A stretch of 64,000 bases of DNA from Piromyces finnis finn (GCA_002104945.1 MCFH01000047.1:186001-250000); one strand, 5' to 3'; positions 29,001-42,951 are shown, counted from the stretch's first letter. Notes: generated by a model from the sequence alone, not told the origin. Numbers and translations: made by a program.

Positions 29001-29788
29001 TTATTAGATTTGCCGAAACGCATAATTTACTTAAAGTATTCAGAGCCTATGGGTAAATACATTTAAAATAAGATTTATAGCCTATATAATAAAAAAAAAA
29101 TTTTTTTTTTTAAATCAAAAAAATTAAACATCAAAAAACTAACTTGTATAAATTGTATATTTTATTGGATTGAATAATAAAAAAATATATTATTGAATAA
29201 CTAATTAGATGTGCCAATTTAACCGATACTTCCGTTTCAGAAATAGGTAAATATTGTAAAAAGTTAGAAGTTCTTGATATTGGTGGTACTCTAATTACAG
29301 ACGTTGCTATTATGAGTATAGCCGAAGGCTGTCCTAATTTGGTTATGTTACAGATTGATGAAAATGGTGATTTAACGAATAAAAGTATAGCTGTGGTTGG
29401 TAGTTCCTGTAAAAAACTAGAATCTATCTATCTTCCAGATCAAATTACAGATGATGGGGTCATACCAATTGCTAAAAATTGTAAAGCCTTACAAGAAATT
29501 ACCCTGGATTGTTTATCCATTACAGATCAATCGTTAGAAGCTTTAGCAGAATGTGCTGAATTAGAATGTATTTCCCTTCGAGGTTGTACAGATATTACTG
29601 AAAAAGGAATAGATTACCTTACAAAGCGATGCAAACTTTTATATAAAATTTATGTTGATGATGAAACCAATTTAAATGAAAAGAAATTATCAAAAAATTA
29701 CATTACAAGAAAAAGTCCACAAGATTTTGTTGGCTGTCGTTGTTCCTGCAAAGAATATCCAGTATTTATTGTGGAACATGAACCATAA
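26092..29788 (+). CDS. F-box / leucine-rich-repeat protein (Grr1/FBXL-like SCF substrate receptor), about 1086 aa, 4 exons
   Basis: Exons 26092-27724, 27876-28878, 29008-29052 and 29209-29788 sum to 3261 nt in frame. F-box FSKLPVELIIYIFSFF..QSDLLSLTLVNR is followed by cysteine-containing LRRs (LQVLSLGNCTKITD, LSIDNCWRVTDEGL, RAYGCANLTD, LECISLRGCTDITE). The 45-nt exon 29008-29052 restores one LRR. The true start could lie further upstream. Confidence 0.85.
27028..27123 (+). repeat. Coding (AAC/AAT)n poly-Asn tract in the F-box gene
   Basis: About 32 consecutive Asn codons in ORF 26092..27750. Confidence 0.95.
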
Positions 29789-30770
29789 AAAAAAAATTTT
29801 TTTTTAATTCGTTTATTCATTTATTTTTTCTCATTCGATATAATTTATTTTATTTTATATAATATATATTTTTTATTCATATATCTTTTTTTTTTTTTTT
29901 TTTTTTTTTTTCAATTACTTTTTAGTTATGGTTGTTGTTACTATTGTTTTAAAAAAAAAAAATAAAAAAAAAAAAAAAAGATTATATATCTTTATCTTAA
30001 AAATAAACTCACATATACCATTGACAACAATATTTTACTACATCATCTTCCTTTATCTTCATATTTTTTTTTCTAAAAGTATTAAAAAAAAAAAAAAAAG
30101 AAATTGTACTAAAATTTTATTATCAAGGTTTAATTCTTTAAAACAAAAAAAGCAATATATAAATAAAATCATGATTATATATATAAATAAATAAAAAGTA
30201 TTCCATTAGTTAAATTTTATTAATAGATTGTTAAAAACCTTTTTTTTTTTTTAAAAAAAAAAAAAAAAAGGACTTTATCATTTAAAAACACCATTAACTT
30301 TTTTTTTTTTTAATATTTGATTGTATAAATAAAAAAAGAAATGATATGGTTATTTCACTCTTTCTAATCCCACTAAAATCTTTATGATATGATTATATAA
30401 ACTACAATCAGAATTTCAAAATTAATATATATATATTTTTTATAATTTTTATATTTTATTTTTATTTAGGTGTATATATGTTATGTTTGCTTTTGTATTA
30501 AATTAAATGTGCAGACTTTTTATTTTTTCTTTTTCTTATTTTTATATTATTATGATTCATTCGTTTAGTTTTTTTTTTTAAAAAAAAAAAAAGTTGAAGT
30601 TTTATAAAGTATATAAAGATTTTGATTTATTCTTTAATATATTTTAAATATATAAAAAAAAAAAACAATAAAATGCTTTTTTTTTTGTTTTTTTTTTTCT
30701 TTCTTTCTTTTCTTTTTTTATAAAAAAAAAAATAAATAGAGTGGTGTAAAATTAGTATTTTTATACAAAA

Positions 30771-31551
30771 TTAATTTGATTTCTTTTCTTTTTCTTCATT
30801 TTCTTCTTTCTTTTCAACTGGAAGGAATTTTATTGGATTTTTGCAGTAGAATGGCCATGGTGGAAGAATAACCTTTTTTTCCAATTTTGTTTAAATATTT
30901 TTTAAAAATTAAATTGATTGATATTTATAGTATTTATATAACATGGATAAATAAATAAATAAATAATAAAATGAAAATGGAAATGAATTCGAAATTAAAA
31001 TATTAATATTGAAAATTAATAAATAAATAAACAATAATTATATATCAATGTATATATGTAAATATATAAAATAATAATTATTATTATTATTTTGAAAAAA
31101 AAAAATAATAAATTTAAAAGATAATAATTACCAAAGCAGTAACAATTATACCAACAGCCATAATTTTGCAACTTATACTAACAGATTTTAAACAGAAACC
31201 AACAGTAAATGAAATTATCTTTTTTTTTTTTTTTTAATTTTTATCATAAAAAAAAAGTTTTTATTTTAGTAATTTTCTTTTTCTTCATTTAGTTATTTAT
31301 TTATTTAATAATATATATAGTTCATTTTATATTAAAAACAATAGAAATACATACACCGAAAACAATAAGAATAATTTGCATTAACTTTTCAGTTAATTTT
31401 TGTCCTTCGAAATCCTATTTTAAATATTAATAAACACATTTTTTTTTTAAATAAAAAAAAAAAAAAAACCTTTAATGAATGATAAATTTCATATAATTTA
31501 TACATATAAATAAATAAAAATGCATACAATATCATCTTTAATTAAAGCCAT
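30771..31551 (-). CDS. SPC1: Signal peptidase complex subunit 1 (SPC12), 90 aa, 4 exons; absent from ORF track
   Basis: Exons 31551-31528, 31414-31355, 31218-31132 and 30872-30771 (273 nt). Translation MALIKDDIDFEGQKLTEKLMQIILIVFGIISFTVGF...VILPPWPFYCKNPIKFLPV shows the DFxGQK and LPPWPxY..xP signatures with two TM segments. Confidence 0.93.
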
Positions 31552-32132
31552 TTTTTTCTTTTTTACTTATTAAAGGTATAATATAAAGAGAAATTTTTTC
31601 TATTATTTTTTGTATATTTTCTTTTTTTTTTTTTTTTTTTTTTTAGAGAGAGAATTTAATAAAATCTACTTTTTTATTTTATTATTATTATTATTCTATT
31701 TTCTTTTTATTATTATTTAAAAAAAAAAAAAAAAATTAAATTTTCAAATATAAATTAATTAAATTTATTAAAATGCTGTGTCTATTTAAAAAGAGAAAAT
31801 GAAATTTTTTAGATGTAAATTTTTGATTGGAAATTTCTTTTCTACCCAATTCTGCCCATGAATTTCTAATGCTTTTTGTTTTTTACCAGAGAAATATTGA
31901 ACTCAGCACAACATTAACCACACCTACACTCTCCCCCAAAAAAAATGAAATGAAATTTATTATTATAAAAATATTCTATCCTTTATATTATAAAAAACTA
32001 TAAATTAATTACTAAATACTTTTTTTCTCTTTTATAAAAATGATTAATCATTATTGATATAGGTTAGTAAATAGGATTCATTAGGATTCATTGAAATTTA
32101 TAGTAGAAATTTTTAAAAAGAAAAACTACACT

Positions 32133-32360
32133 ACTATTACTATTACTATTACTATTACTATTACTATTACTATTACTATTACTATTACTATTACTATTAC
32201 TATTACTATTACTATTACTATTACTATTACTATTACTATTACTATTACTATTACTATTACTATTACTATTACTATTACTATTACTATTACTATTACTATT
32301 ACTATTACTATTACTATTACTATTACTATTACTATTACTATTACTATTACTATTACTATT
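32133..32360. repeat. (ACTATT)38 hexanucleotide microsatellite
   Basis: 228-bp perfect array; it accounts for the NSNSNS and ITITIT ORFs. Confidence 0.97.
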
Positions 32361-33548
32361 ATTCATTGTTTTACAATTCCCTTTTTTCTTTCATTCTTTT
32401 ATTTACAACAGCCACAATATATGCAACGTTTTTGAAGGTTAATGTATATTTAATGTATACATTTAATAAATTAAAATTTGTGGTTAGTTTTAATTAAACA
32501 ACAAAATATTAATTAAATTCTCTTAATTATAATTACAATAGAATAATTATATATATTAAATGTATTCATAATATATAATGTTATACTAATTAATATATTA
32601 ATATATGCTGTTTTATATATTTTTTAAATTTATAAGGATGAATTTTTATTAAAAATCCACATTTATTTATTGAATATAATTAATATTTATGTATTTCGTA
32701 TGATTAATGCATGATCATAATTTGATTTTGATTGGTTACTTATATGTTAATGTCTTTTAAATTTTAATAAATCTTTTTTAATTATTTTAATATATAATAA
32801 GCTTTTTAATTTTTATATTAAAATTTATTAACATCCCAAAAAGAGTAAATAAATAGTAAATACTATCATTTTATATAGAATAAAATTTTTTATATAATAA
32901 TATTCCCTTTTCTTTTTTTTTTTTATCAATATTAATATAAAAAAAAATTTTTTTTTTTTTCTCTTTTCTTTAAAAAAAAAGGAAAAGTTGCATTACCTCT
33001 GAACCTTTTTTTTTTTTATTTCTTTTTAAAAGAAAAACTTTTATTATTATTATTTATACAACATAATAAATGAATTTATAAAAGAAATAAAATTTATATT
33101 AATAACCAAATAATTTTATTTTTATAATAATAATAAAATAGTTTAATGTAACAAATTTCTCCTAATTTAACCATAGTTTTTATTACAGCTATCCTTTTAA
33201 AATCATATGGGATTTCATTAAATTTCATTTAAAGAAAACAGTATTATCACTTTAATTTTTAAAAAGAAAATAAATATATAATTTTTTTTTAAAAAAAAAA
33301 ATAGAATTTCAGTCATATTAATAATGTTTTAAGAAATTTCAATATTAAAATATCAGTTTTTTTTTTAAATATAAATAAAAAGAGTTACGTTCACCAGTTT
33401 CAGTATTAAATTATTTACATATAAACATTTAAAAAAGAGAATATATTCAAAAAAAAAAAAAAAACTATTTTTTTTAATAAAATACATCATTTTTATTAAA
33501 TAGTAAAAAGTAAAAGCAAATAGTTTCGAAATATATATAAATGACAAA

Positions 33549-36500
33549 ATGATATCAATAGATATTAACCATATTAAAACGGAATATGAAGATAAAAAAG
33601 AATTCCAAAATATTGCAAAAGCAATAAGAAAATCGAGAAAATGTATTGTTGTTACAGGAGCCGGAATTTCAGTATCAGGAGGAATACCTGTAGGATATAA
33701 ATTCATTTATTAATAAATATAATTATAATTATTATTATAGATAATATAGAATAAATAAATTTTGATAGATTGATATGGATATAAACAAAAAATAAATTTG
33801 ATTATTTAAAAAAAAAATTGAAAATTTAGTAAAATATAATTTGTATTTTTATTACTATAATATTATTTTCAATCAAAAAATATATATAAATAAATAAATA
33901 AAGGATTTCAGGTCTTCAGACGGTTTATATAATCTAGTAAAAAATAAATTTCCACAAGCTGTTGTAAAAGGAAAAGATTTATTTGATGCAACTTTATTTA
34001 GAGATCCAGTAACCACCAAAGTTTTTTATACTTTTATGGGTGAATTAAAAGAAGTCTTAAATAAAGCAAAGATTACACCCACCCATAGATTTGTCAAAGA
34101 TTTAGATAATCAAGGAAAATTGCTTCGTTGTTATACCCAAAATATAGATAGTTTAGAACGAAGACTTGAATTATCTACAGATATTACAGATAAGAAAAAT
34201 GCAAAAATTGTTCAACTTCACGGAGATATGGATCGTGTTGTATGTACTTTATGCCAAAAAACGTTTGAATTTACAAATGACCATATAAATATATTTAAAG
34301 AAGGAAATTCAATTCCTTGTCCTTCTTGTCAATCAAAAAGTACAATCCGTGAAATGACAGGAAAAAGAGCTATCGCTGTTGGTTCTTTAAGACCAAATAT
34401 TGTATTATATAATGAACATCATATCAATGGTAAGTTGTAAATTTTTATAAAAGAAACTATTCATTTTTTTTAAAAGAAAAAACTCCAAAATCAAAATAAA
34501 TTCAAATTTATTCAAAGATAAAAAAAAAATATAAATTACCATGTAGTGTCATTTAGATTTATTCATCACTAATGAAATATATGAAATTGAAATGTGTCAT
34601 TTAGATTTATTCATCACTAATGAAATATATGAAATTTAAATGTGTCATTTAGATTTATTCATCACTAATGAAATATATGAAATTTGTCATTTTATTCATC
34701 AAAGATAAAAAATTAATCTTTTTTTTTTTTTTTTTATTTTTATCTATTTGAATATAAATGTCAATTCAAAAATAAAAAAAAAAAAACTTTTTTTAGGGGA
34801 TTTAATTAATGATTTTGCAAGTTATGATATATCCAAAAAACCTGATTTATTAATTGTTATGGGTACATCACTTAAAGTATATGGTATTAAAAATTTAGTA
34901 AAACGTTTAGCAAGTGTAGTTCATTCAAGAAAAACAGGAAAAGTAATATTTATTAATAAAACTGAATTATGTACAAAAACATGGGAAGATATTTTTGATT
35001 ATGAAGTTATATCAACATCAGATGAAGCCATTACTTTATTGAAAAAAGAAATTAATTATTTGGAAGCTCAAGATATGATAAAGAAGGAAATGGCGATAAG
35101 AAAAGAAGAGCTTAAAGAAGAATTGAAAGCAAAAGGTAACTATTTAAAAAAAAAAAAAGGAAAAGAAAAACCCTTTTAATAATAAAATATTGATTATCCA
35201 CTTTTTATATAATAACTTTTAATAATTGCTTTTTTTTATCTTCTTCTTCTTCTAGGTATTAAATATAATCCAAGAATACATAAATTTAATGAAATTACTC
35301 CAGATCAATCTATACTTAAAATTGAAGATAAGACAGGAAATCTTGTAATACATATACCCCATAAACCAGTTAAAGTTATATCAGAAGAAGATGAAAGCAG
35401 CAGTAGTAATAGTAGTGATGAAAAAATGCTTATATCTTCATCACCTACACTTTCAGTTGCCTCGATTTTTTCTTCTTCATCATCTCTGTCCTCCTTATCC
35501 GACCTAACAGAATATGAAGATAATACAGATGAGGATCAAATTATTCTTGATCATATTGACAATGAAACTAATTTAAAAGAAATATTATCTAAAAATGAAC
35601 AAGAATTACCTTTGGATACACCCCCTTCCCCTACCCTTACCTCTACCCCCATTATCATTACAGATGAATCCTCAACACCTTCAATTGACATGACAGAACA
35701 ACGTATTGCCATGGAAAATCTTACAGTGAATGATCCTATGGATCAATCCATAGAAATAATAACGCCTCCCCAAGAAGATACCAAAGAATCATCGTCTAAA
35801 TCAGAGAATAAAATTCAAATTCAACTTGTTGATAATAAATTAAAATTAAATTTAGGAAAGAAAAAGGCAGAATCAACGCAGAAAAAGAGAACATCCTCAT
35901 CTACAAAATCAATTAAATCTATAAAATTAAAATTGAATCCAACCAAATCTAAATCTGAAGAAAAAGAAAATAATCAAGATGTAAGTAGTATTAATAATAA
36001 TTTTTTTACCCTATTCATTTTTACTATGTTAGGAAATAATTTTTTTATTTTTTTTTTTTTTTGATCTTTTTTTATAAAAAAAAAAAAAAAAATCTAAATA
36101 CTAAATATATCATTCTTTTTTTTTTTTATTATTATTTACTGATAAATTTATTGGTTTAATTCTTTAAATCTATTCTTTATTGAAATATTATAACCATAAA
36201 ATTGAAATTTTTTTTTAATTTTTCCAAAATTTTAAATTTCTTCAAAAAAGTATTTGGAAATAGAAGAAGGAACAACAACAACAGCAGCAACAACAGCAAC
36301 AACAGAAATAGCTGATATTATGCCAATATCCTATCGATTAAGATCACGATCCAATAGTATGGAAATAGTACATGAACCTGTTCAAGTGAAAAAAGTAATC
36401 AAAAAAGTTACACCAACCACCACCACCACTACCACCAAAAAGACCACCAAATCCACTACCAACAAAAAATCTAGAGCTTCAATTAAAAAATCTACAACCA

Positions 36501-36682
36501 CCACCACCACATCTGATAATATACGTAATATTTTAAAGGTTGGTAAAAGAAATGTTGCCCCAATATCAACCACTCCAATAAAGAAAAATAAGGTGAAAAG
36601 AGAACGTGTTGAAAGAAACATATTAGATGAAAAATCAGTGAATAATTTAAATTTAAATAAAAGAATCAAGGTTCATGAATGA
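33549..36682 (+). CDS. HST3: NAD-dependent deacetylase, Hst3/Hst4-type sirtuin, about 720 aa, 5 exons
   Basis: Exons 33549-33689, 33904-34429, 34797-35135, 35256-35980 and 36251-36682 sum to 2163 nt in frame. Motifs: VVTGAGISVSGGIPDFRS.DGLY, GKDLFDA, TPTHRF, RCYTQNIDSLE, QLHGD, CTLC..CPSC zinc site, LRPNIVLYNE.H, PDLLIVMGTSLKV.G. Long disordered C-terminal tail; the last exon join is less certain. Confidence 0.88.
34547..34700. repeat. Intronic 48-bp tandem repeat, 3 copies plus a deleted partial copy
   Basis: Unit TGTCATTTAGATTTATTCATCACTAATGAAATATATGAAATT(G/T)AAATG starts at 34547, 34595 and 34643 (third copy lacks the last 6 bp); a partial copy starts at 34685. Confidence 0.95.
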
Positions 36683-37947
36683 AAGAAAAAATTCATATTT
36701 TGAGTATCAATAAATCAATATCCCAACCACATTTTAATAATATCTTTATATTATCAAGTTGTCATTTATTTAAAAATTATTTTTCACCACCACTAAGGAT
36801 GACAATTTATTTTTAACCTCATCAACATCACCTTTTTTTTTTTTATCGATTACATTAGCAAAAAAAAAAAAAGAAAATTTTGAATCTCTACATCAAAATA
36901 TATTTATTTTATTTATTCAATTCTATTTTTTTTTTTTTTTTCTATTTTAATTTAATAATTATAATGATGGATTCATTAATATGCATTATCATCAATTCAT
37001 ACTTTATAAATTGTATTTATAATACTCTTTATATTTTCTACCACCTTCTCCAATCAATCCAAATATTTTATCTTTTTTTTTTAGTATTATTATTATTTCG
37101 ATAGTAACAAAAGTATTAAAACAAAGCATCAGAATCAGTTTTTTATATAAATATATATATATATATATATGTTTTTTTTTTATTATTATTATTCATTTTT
37201 CCTAAAGAGTAATCTATTTTTATTATTATTATTATTATTATTTTAAATATTCACATTTTAATTCTATTTACTAGTTACTTTTTTGTTTTTTTATTTAAAT
37301 ATAAAAAATCTTTTTTGAATAAGAATAAACTTTTTAATGATAAATAACGATATTGATCATTGTAAAAAAAAAAAAAAAAAGTATCCTTTTCAACTCCCAT
37401 GAATGAAAAGGGTTAGTTAGTTCTTTTCACAAATTCATCCATTTGGAGATAAATTTTAATTATATATTTCATCATAAATTAACAATATATAAAATTATAT
37501 TGAATTTAATAATTTGAAATTGAATTTTAAAAAGTCAAAATTTTAAAAATAAAAAAACTTTTTGAAAAAAACTTTTTTTTTTTTTTATTTATTATAATAA
37601 AAAGTAGTAAAAGAAAAGAAAAAAAGCAACTTACATATTTGTTTGTTCGTTGATTTAAAGATATTTTATTAAAAAAAAAAAAAAAGATATATTCATATAT
37701 AAATAATCTTTTTTTTTTTTTTTTTACAATCCAACACTATTCAACCCTTTGCAAGTGTAAAAAAAATTTGTAATACTATTCATTAGATTCTTTTTTTTTT
37801 TTTTAAAGAAAGAAAGAAAGAGTAATATTCTTTTCTCCATTATATTTCTTGGGAATAATAAATAAATTGTTGTGCTGGCCTATATAAAACACTTTTTTTT
37901 TTTTATATTATATTATTGAAACAATTAAAAAAAAAAAAAAGTATGAA

Positions 37948-40900
37948 ATGGTAATAAATACAAAACTATTAAAGGGTTATAAAGAAGTAAATGAACAAAG
38001 AATAACTATTATTCAAGAATGTAAAGTTCATCATAAAGTATACGAATTATATATTGATCCTAAAAATTTAAACGTAAAAGAAATAAAAGGTACCTATAAA
38101 TATGGTTTTATATAGAAAAAAAAAAATTAAAAAATTTCTTTCTTTCATAATTTTGATATTTAAAAATATTCTGAAATATTGATTTTCATTCTAAAATTCA
38201 TTCTTTTCAAACTTTATTCATGCCTTTTTTTTTTTTTAAATAGAATGCTTACAGTCAAGCGATAAAAATTGGAAAGAAAGAATTATAAACTTTACTGGTA
38301 AAAGAAAAAAAAAAAAATTTTTTTTTTATTGTTTCATTATTAAAAAAAAAAAAAAAAAGATGATGCCATCATTTTAAATATTTTTTTAAAAATGATAAAA
38401 AAAATTTTACTATTTAAAAGGAAAGAATTTCTCTTTTTTTTTTTTTTTTATTTTCGATTATAAACAAAAAAAAATCATCAACAACCTAATAATAACAAGA
38501 GTAACAACAGCATACAACACAACACACAAGAACACACACAAAAAAATTGTTAAAATAATTTTTTATATTTAATGAATTGGAATGATATTAATGCATGTAA
38601 AAAAAAAAAAAGAAAAAAAAAAGAATAGAAAACAATATTATTTAAATACCTTTTTTTTTTATATATATAAACCTTTTTTATATATACATATATATATAAA
38701 TAATAATTAAAATACTAATACTTTTTTTTTTATCAATATATTTTTATATATTTATAATATTTATAATCAATCTATATTTATGAATAGATAATGTATATCA
38801 TTTTTATATTCCCGAAACATTATTTTATATCAAAGATACGCTATCTTTTTTATTCACTCTAACCTATAAATTACTATTTTCAAAGTTGGTATTTCATTCT
38901 TTTTTTTTTATAAAAAAAATTTTATTAAACTTTTTTTTTTTTTTAATAACTCCGTATATATATATATTTTTATAATTTAACTATTATTCCTTATTGGGAT
39001 TATAAAGATTCTTTTTAATCCTAAGTTTAGTATTTCTTCTAACCTTCAATTCAAACTCTAGATCTACCATAAAAGAAATTACTTTTGAAGTTTCTTATTT
39101 ATTTCATTTTTGTACTACCTTAAAATCATGGACTAAATCCTTAAAATCTTCATTAATACCAACAACAATAACGACGACATTATTTCAAACTCACACTCAT
39201 CCTCACTATCACTATCCTTCCTACCATCCATCAAAATCATCATCCTTTGATAATTTCTGTATTCTACCGAAATATCAATTATTAAAAAATGAATGGTTAG
39301 AGTATCATTATTATCATCCTACTTTGGATGTAGATTCTATCTATAGTTCATTAATTTCCCATGTTGTTTGTGATAGGCATGAGAGTCAGGATATGACCGT
39401 ACAAGGAAAAGAATTTAAAGAAATTCCAGATTTTTCAGAAATATTTAGAAAATTAGACCGAATTCAGGGTTCGTTAAATCAACTTGATTCTACCTATCAT
39501 TCTATCGCCAATAAATTGACGGTGTCTAAAGAAAATAATAAAAGGATGAATGGAATTTTGGAAGAATTTAGTTTAGAAATTTATTCTTTATACAAAAAAT
39601 TGAAAAGGTTGGAAGAACGATTATTCTATACGGTAAAGGCAAAGGCTAATGCATTAGATTATCAATATAAAAAAAGTTTAGAACGTGAAGAAAGAATTTT
39701 AAAAGTATTGTACGATCATATGTCTCAATTGTATACCACTCAAATCGAATTTATTCAACAAGTTAATTCGCTTTTACCTTTTGTGGAAACACCTCAACGT
39801 CATGGAATGAGTGAAGCGTATATAAAACAAAAATACTTTTTACTTTGTCAACAAATGAATAAATATAAAATGATGTTGACGGCGTTTGAATTACCGTTAA
39901 ATCTTTTAATTCATAAAGAATCCATGCCTTACTTTGAAGATTTCTTACAATTCCTAGGTAAGGAAAGTCAAACCTTGAAGGATTATATTCATACGTTAAA
40001 TTGGAAGGATCCTTCCTTGGCTCATTTTAATAAAAAAAATCAATGTGTGTGGAAGAGTCCGGTCGAACATTTAGTGGAGGATATTCATTGTCCGTTAAAC
40101 CCACCACCGCCATCACCATCACCAAATCATTCCACGATGCCACCACTGAATTTCCAAGAAAATATTTTTTATAAACTTTATCAAATTTATCATGAACGTC
40201 TTCTTAAACTAAAACAAGAAAATTATCAAAGAAATAAAACAAACCATCAATTTTTTGATGAAATGAAACGTATGCGACATCAATTGGATAATGTTCAATC
40301 AATTATTGAAATGTTGGGTTCAAATCAACAAAAATTAGAAAATAAATTTAGGTCAATTGAACAACTATTAAAATTATCCCCTGTCTCAAAAAATAATAAA
40401 AAAAATAATTCATCTCATTCTTTCCCACTGATTGTTTCCCATATACCATCATCTCAAGTACAATTTATTTGTATGAATACAAGTCCTGATTTTGATAATG
40501 TTTCTTCTTCTTCTTCTTCCAACGCCTCCTATCAATGCCCAGTATTTAATAATGAATTTGTAGATCTTGTTTACCAATATGTTATGAAAAAAATCCAAGA
40601 AACAGATCATGGTGTGGATCAACCAGATTATGCTTTAAAAAGTAGTGGAGGATTTATTGTCTATCCTTTAACAAGTCCTTCCTATCAAGGAGGTGAAGAA
40701 AAAAAAGAAGATGACCATCATTATCATGATAGTTTAGATCATCATCTTATAAAGGATAAAGAATCAACTTTCGCATCTTCTAATCCTCTATTCCGAAATC
40801 AACCTTCTTCTTTCTTCAAGGTATTACTGTCTAAATATTTCCTTCCTGCCGGATTTTCATTCTATTCATCACCAGAATTAGTACTTGATCCACATATTTT

Positions 40901-41351
40901 ACCAGGTTATGGATGGATCATGAATGGTTCTTCAGGTTATATTACTATTGGTTTAGCTAAACCTATCTATCCAAAATCTATTACTATTGATCATATCCCT
41001 TCAAATCTTGATTTAGAAAATACTATGTCTTCTGCCCCAAGGTATATTGAAGTATTGGGTATATACGATATCAATCAATTTAAACTTTATTCCCATCTTC
41101 CCGGTAATACAAAGAAAATAACAAGAATGAATCATCAAGAACATGAAAATGAAATTACTCTCATTCCTTTATTTGAATTTAATCCATCAACATCATCATC
41201 CATTACTCCTACTACGAATAGTTTAACCATTCCTATACCAGAAAATATATATGTTAAAATTAGAAAACCAATTTCCTATCTACATGTTAAAATTCTTTCC
41301 AATTGGGGAAATCAAAAGTATACTTGCATTTATAGAATAAGAGTTCATTAA
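37948..41351 (+). CDS. SUN-domain (Sad1/UNC-84) inner nuclear membrane protein, about 878 aa
   Basis: C-terminal SUN domain is clear: DYALKSSGG, TSPSY, SPELVL.P.ILPG.GW.MNGSSGYITIGLAKPIYPKSITIDH, SSAPR, LSNWGNQKYTCIYRIRVH. Coiled coils lie upstream. The frame stays open back to 39006 and includes a hydrophobic FFLILSLVFLLTF segment. Putative upstream exons 37948-38089, 38244-38297 and 38788-38884 join in phase but are lower confidence than exon 39008-41351. Confidence 0.8.
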
Positions 41352-42118
41352 AAAAAAAAAAAAAACTTTTTTTATTGTAAAATTTTAATTTTCTTTTTTT
41401 TTTTTTTTTTCTTCATTAATCCTAACCTTATCTATTAGATTATTCATTTTCCCTTTTTTTTTTTTTTTTTAATAATATTTAGTATAAATTTTATTTTTTC
41501 TAAAAATATAAGCATTAAGAAAATAAAAAGTTTTTCTTTATTTTAACCATTCCAACTCTTGGATAAAATATTTTTTGTATATATTGCAAATTCATTATTT
41601 TTATTTTTTTTTTTTTATTTTATTTTTTATTTTTTTTATTTATTTAATTTTTTTTTTTATTTTATTTTATTTTACCTTTTTTTTTAATATTATTATTATT
41701 TTTTTTTTTACTACCAATTAATAAGAAAAAAAAAAATTAAAATAATATTGGTAAAAAAAAAAAGGTAAAATAAAACAGTTTTTATTATAGAAAGAGGGAA
41801 GAATATAAATATAAAAAAAAAAAAAAGGACAAAGATTCCCTTTATTAATAAATAATAATAATATTAATATTAATAATAAATAAAAAAAAAAAAAGAATCC
41901 TATAAAGAAAGATATTGTGTCTTGTAACTTTTTTTTTTTTTGATACTTTTTCTTATTATTATTGATCGGATTTTCCTTTTTTTTTTTTTCCTTCTTCTTA
42001 TTTTATCTTTATAATATTTTTTTGTTTATATATGAATGTTAATTTTTTTTTTTTTTTATTCTTTATTGAGTCGTTTATTATTTTTATTTTTTATTTATTA
42101 AAGATTTCTTTTATAAAT

Positions 42119-42951
42119 TTATTCTAAATTTTCACTTGATTTGGAAAGTGTAGATTCTCTTGCTGGACCATTAGAAACATCCTTTTTCAATTGCTTTGGA
42201 ATGGAATGTGGAATACGTTCAGGTGATGGAATTTGAGAACCAACATCTTTTGGAGAAGAAACACCAGCTTTAGAAAGAGCATAATCTCCTGAATCAAAGT
42301 ATTTTCTTTCACCCTAATATTAATTATAAGTAGGTAGAATGTGTTTAGTAATCGATTCTTTCCTTATCATTGTTTGTGAACTATTTTACAAAGTCTACAT
42401 ATTTAAATTTTTTTTAATATTGAAAATTATTGATAATGATAAAAACTATTTTATTTGAATATATTTAATTTTTTTTTTTTTAATATACACAAAGATATAT
42501 TTTATCTTTTTATATATATATAATAAACATTCTATCCTATTCTTTATTTACTATTTTATAGCTTATTTTTTTAAAATATATATATATACATACTATTATA
42601 CTATTATGATATTTAAATTTACCTTTAAACGATTATTTAAGAAATCTTTTTTCTTTGGTGGTAAACGACCATATTTATTATAGAAAACTCTTTCTTCTTC
42701 AGATAGTGACTAATTTCATAAATATTATGTATTTTTTTTTAGATATATAATCATATTTTTTTTTTCAGGTTAAAAGTAATAATATAAAAAATAATAAATG
42801 ATATAAAAAAAAAAAAATTAGTATTTTTTTTATATATAAATTTAAAATGGATTATTCATCAAAATATTTTTTTTCATGATTTTTTTAAAATTTTATAATG
42901 TATTTTTATATATATATTTACGTTGACATCAATTTGACCGTTATTTGGCAT
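42119..42951 (-). CDS. IGO1: Endosulfine / ARPP19 / Igo1-2 family PP2A-B55 inhibitor, 103 aa, 3 exons; absent from ORF track
   Basis: Exons 42951-42922, 42709-42623 and 42313-42119 (312 nt). Translation includes KYGRLPPKKKDFLNNRLKGERKYFDSGDYALSKAG, with the invariant FDSGDY phosphosite. Confidence 0.95.

Noticed and set aside
31860-31910. TTTTTGTTTTTTACCAGAG resembling U5 snRNA loop 1
   Set aside because: The invariant GCCUUUUAC is not present, and there is no convincing stem or Sm site.
34547-34700. Repeat array considered as CRISPR
   Set aside because: Units are directly adjacent with no spacers, no cas genes are present, and it lies in a eukaryotic intron.
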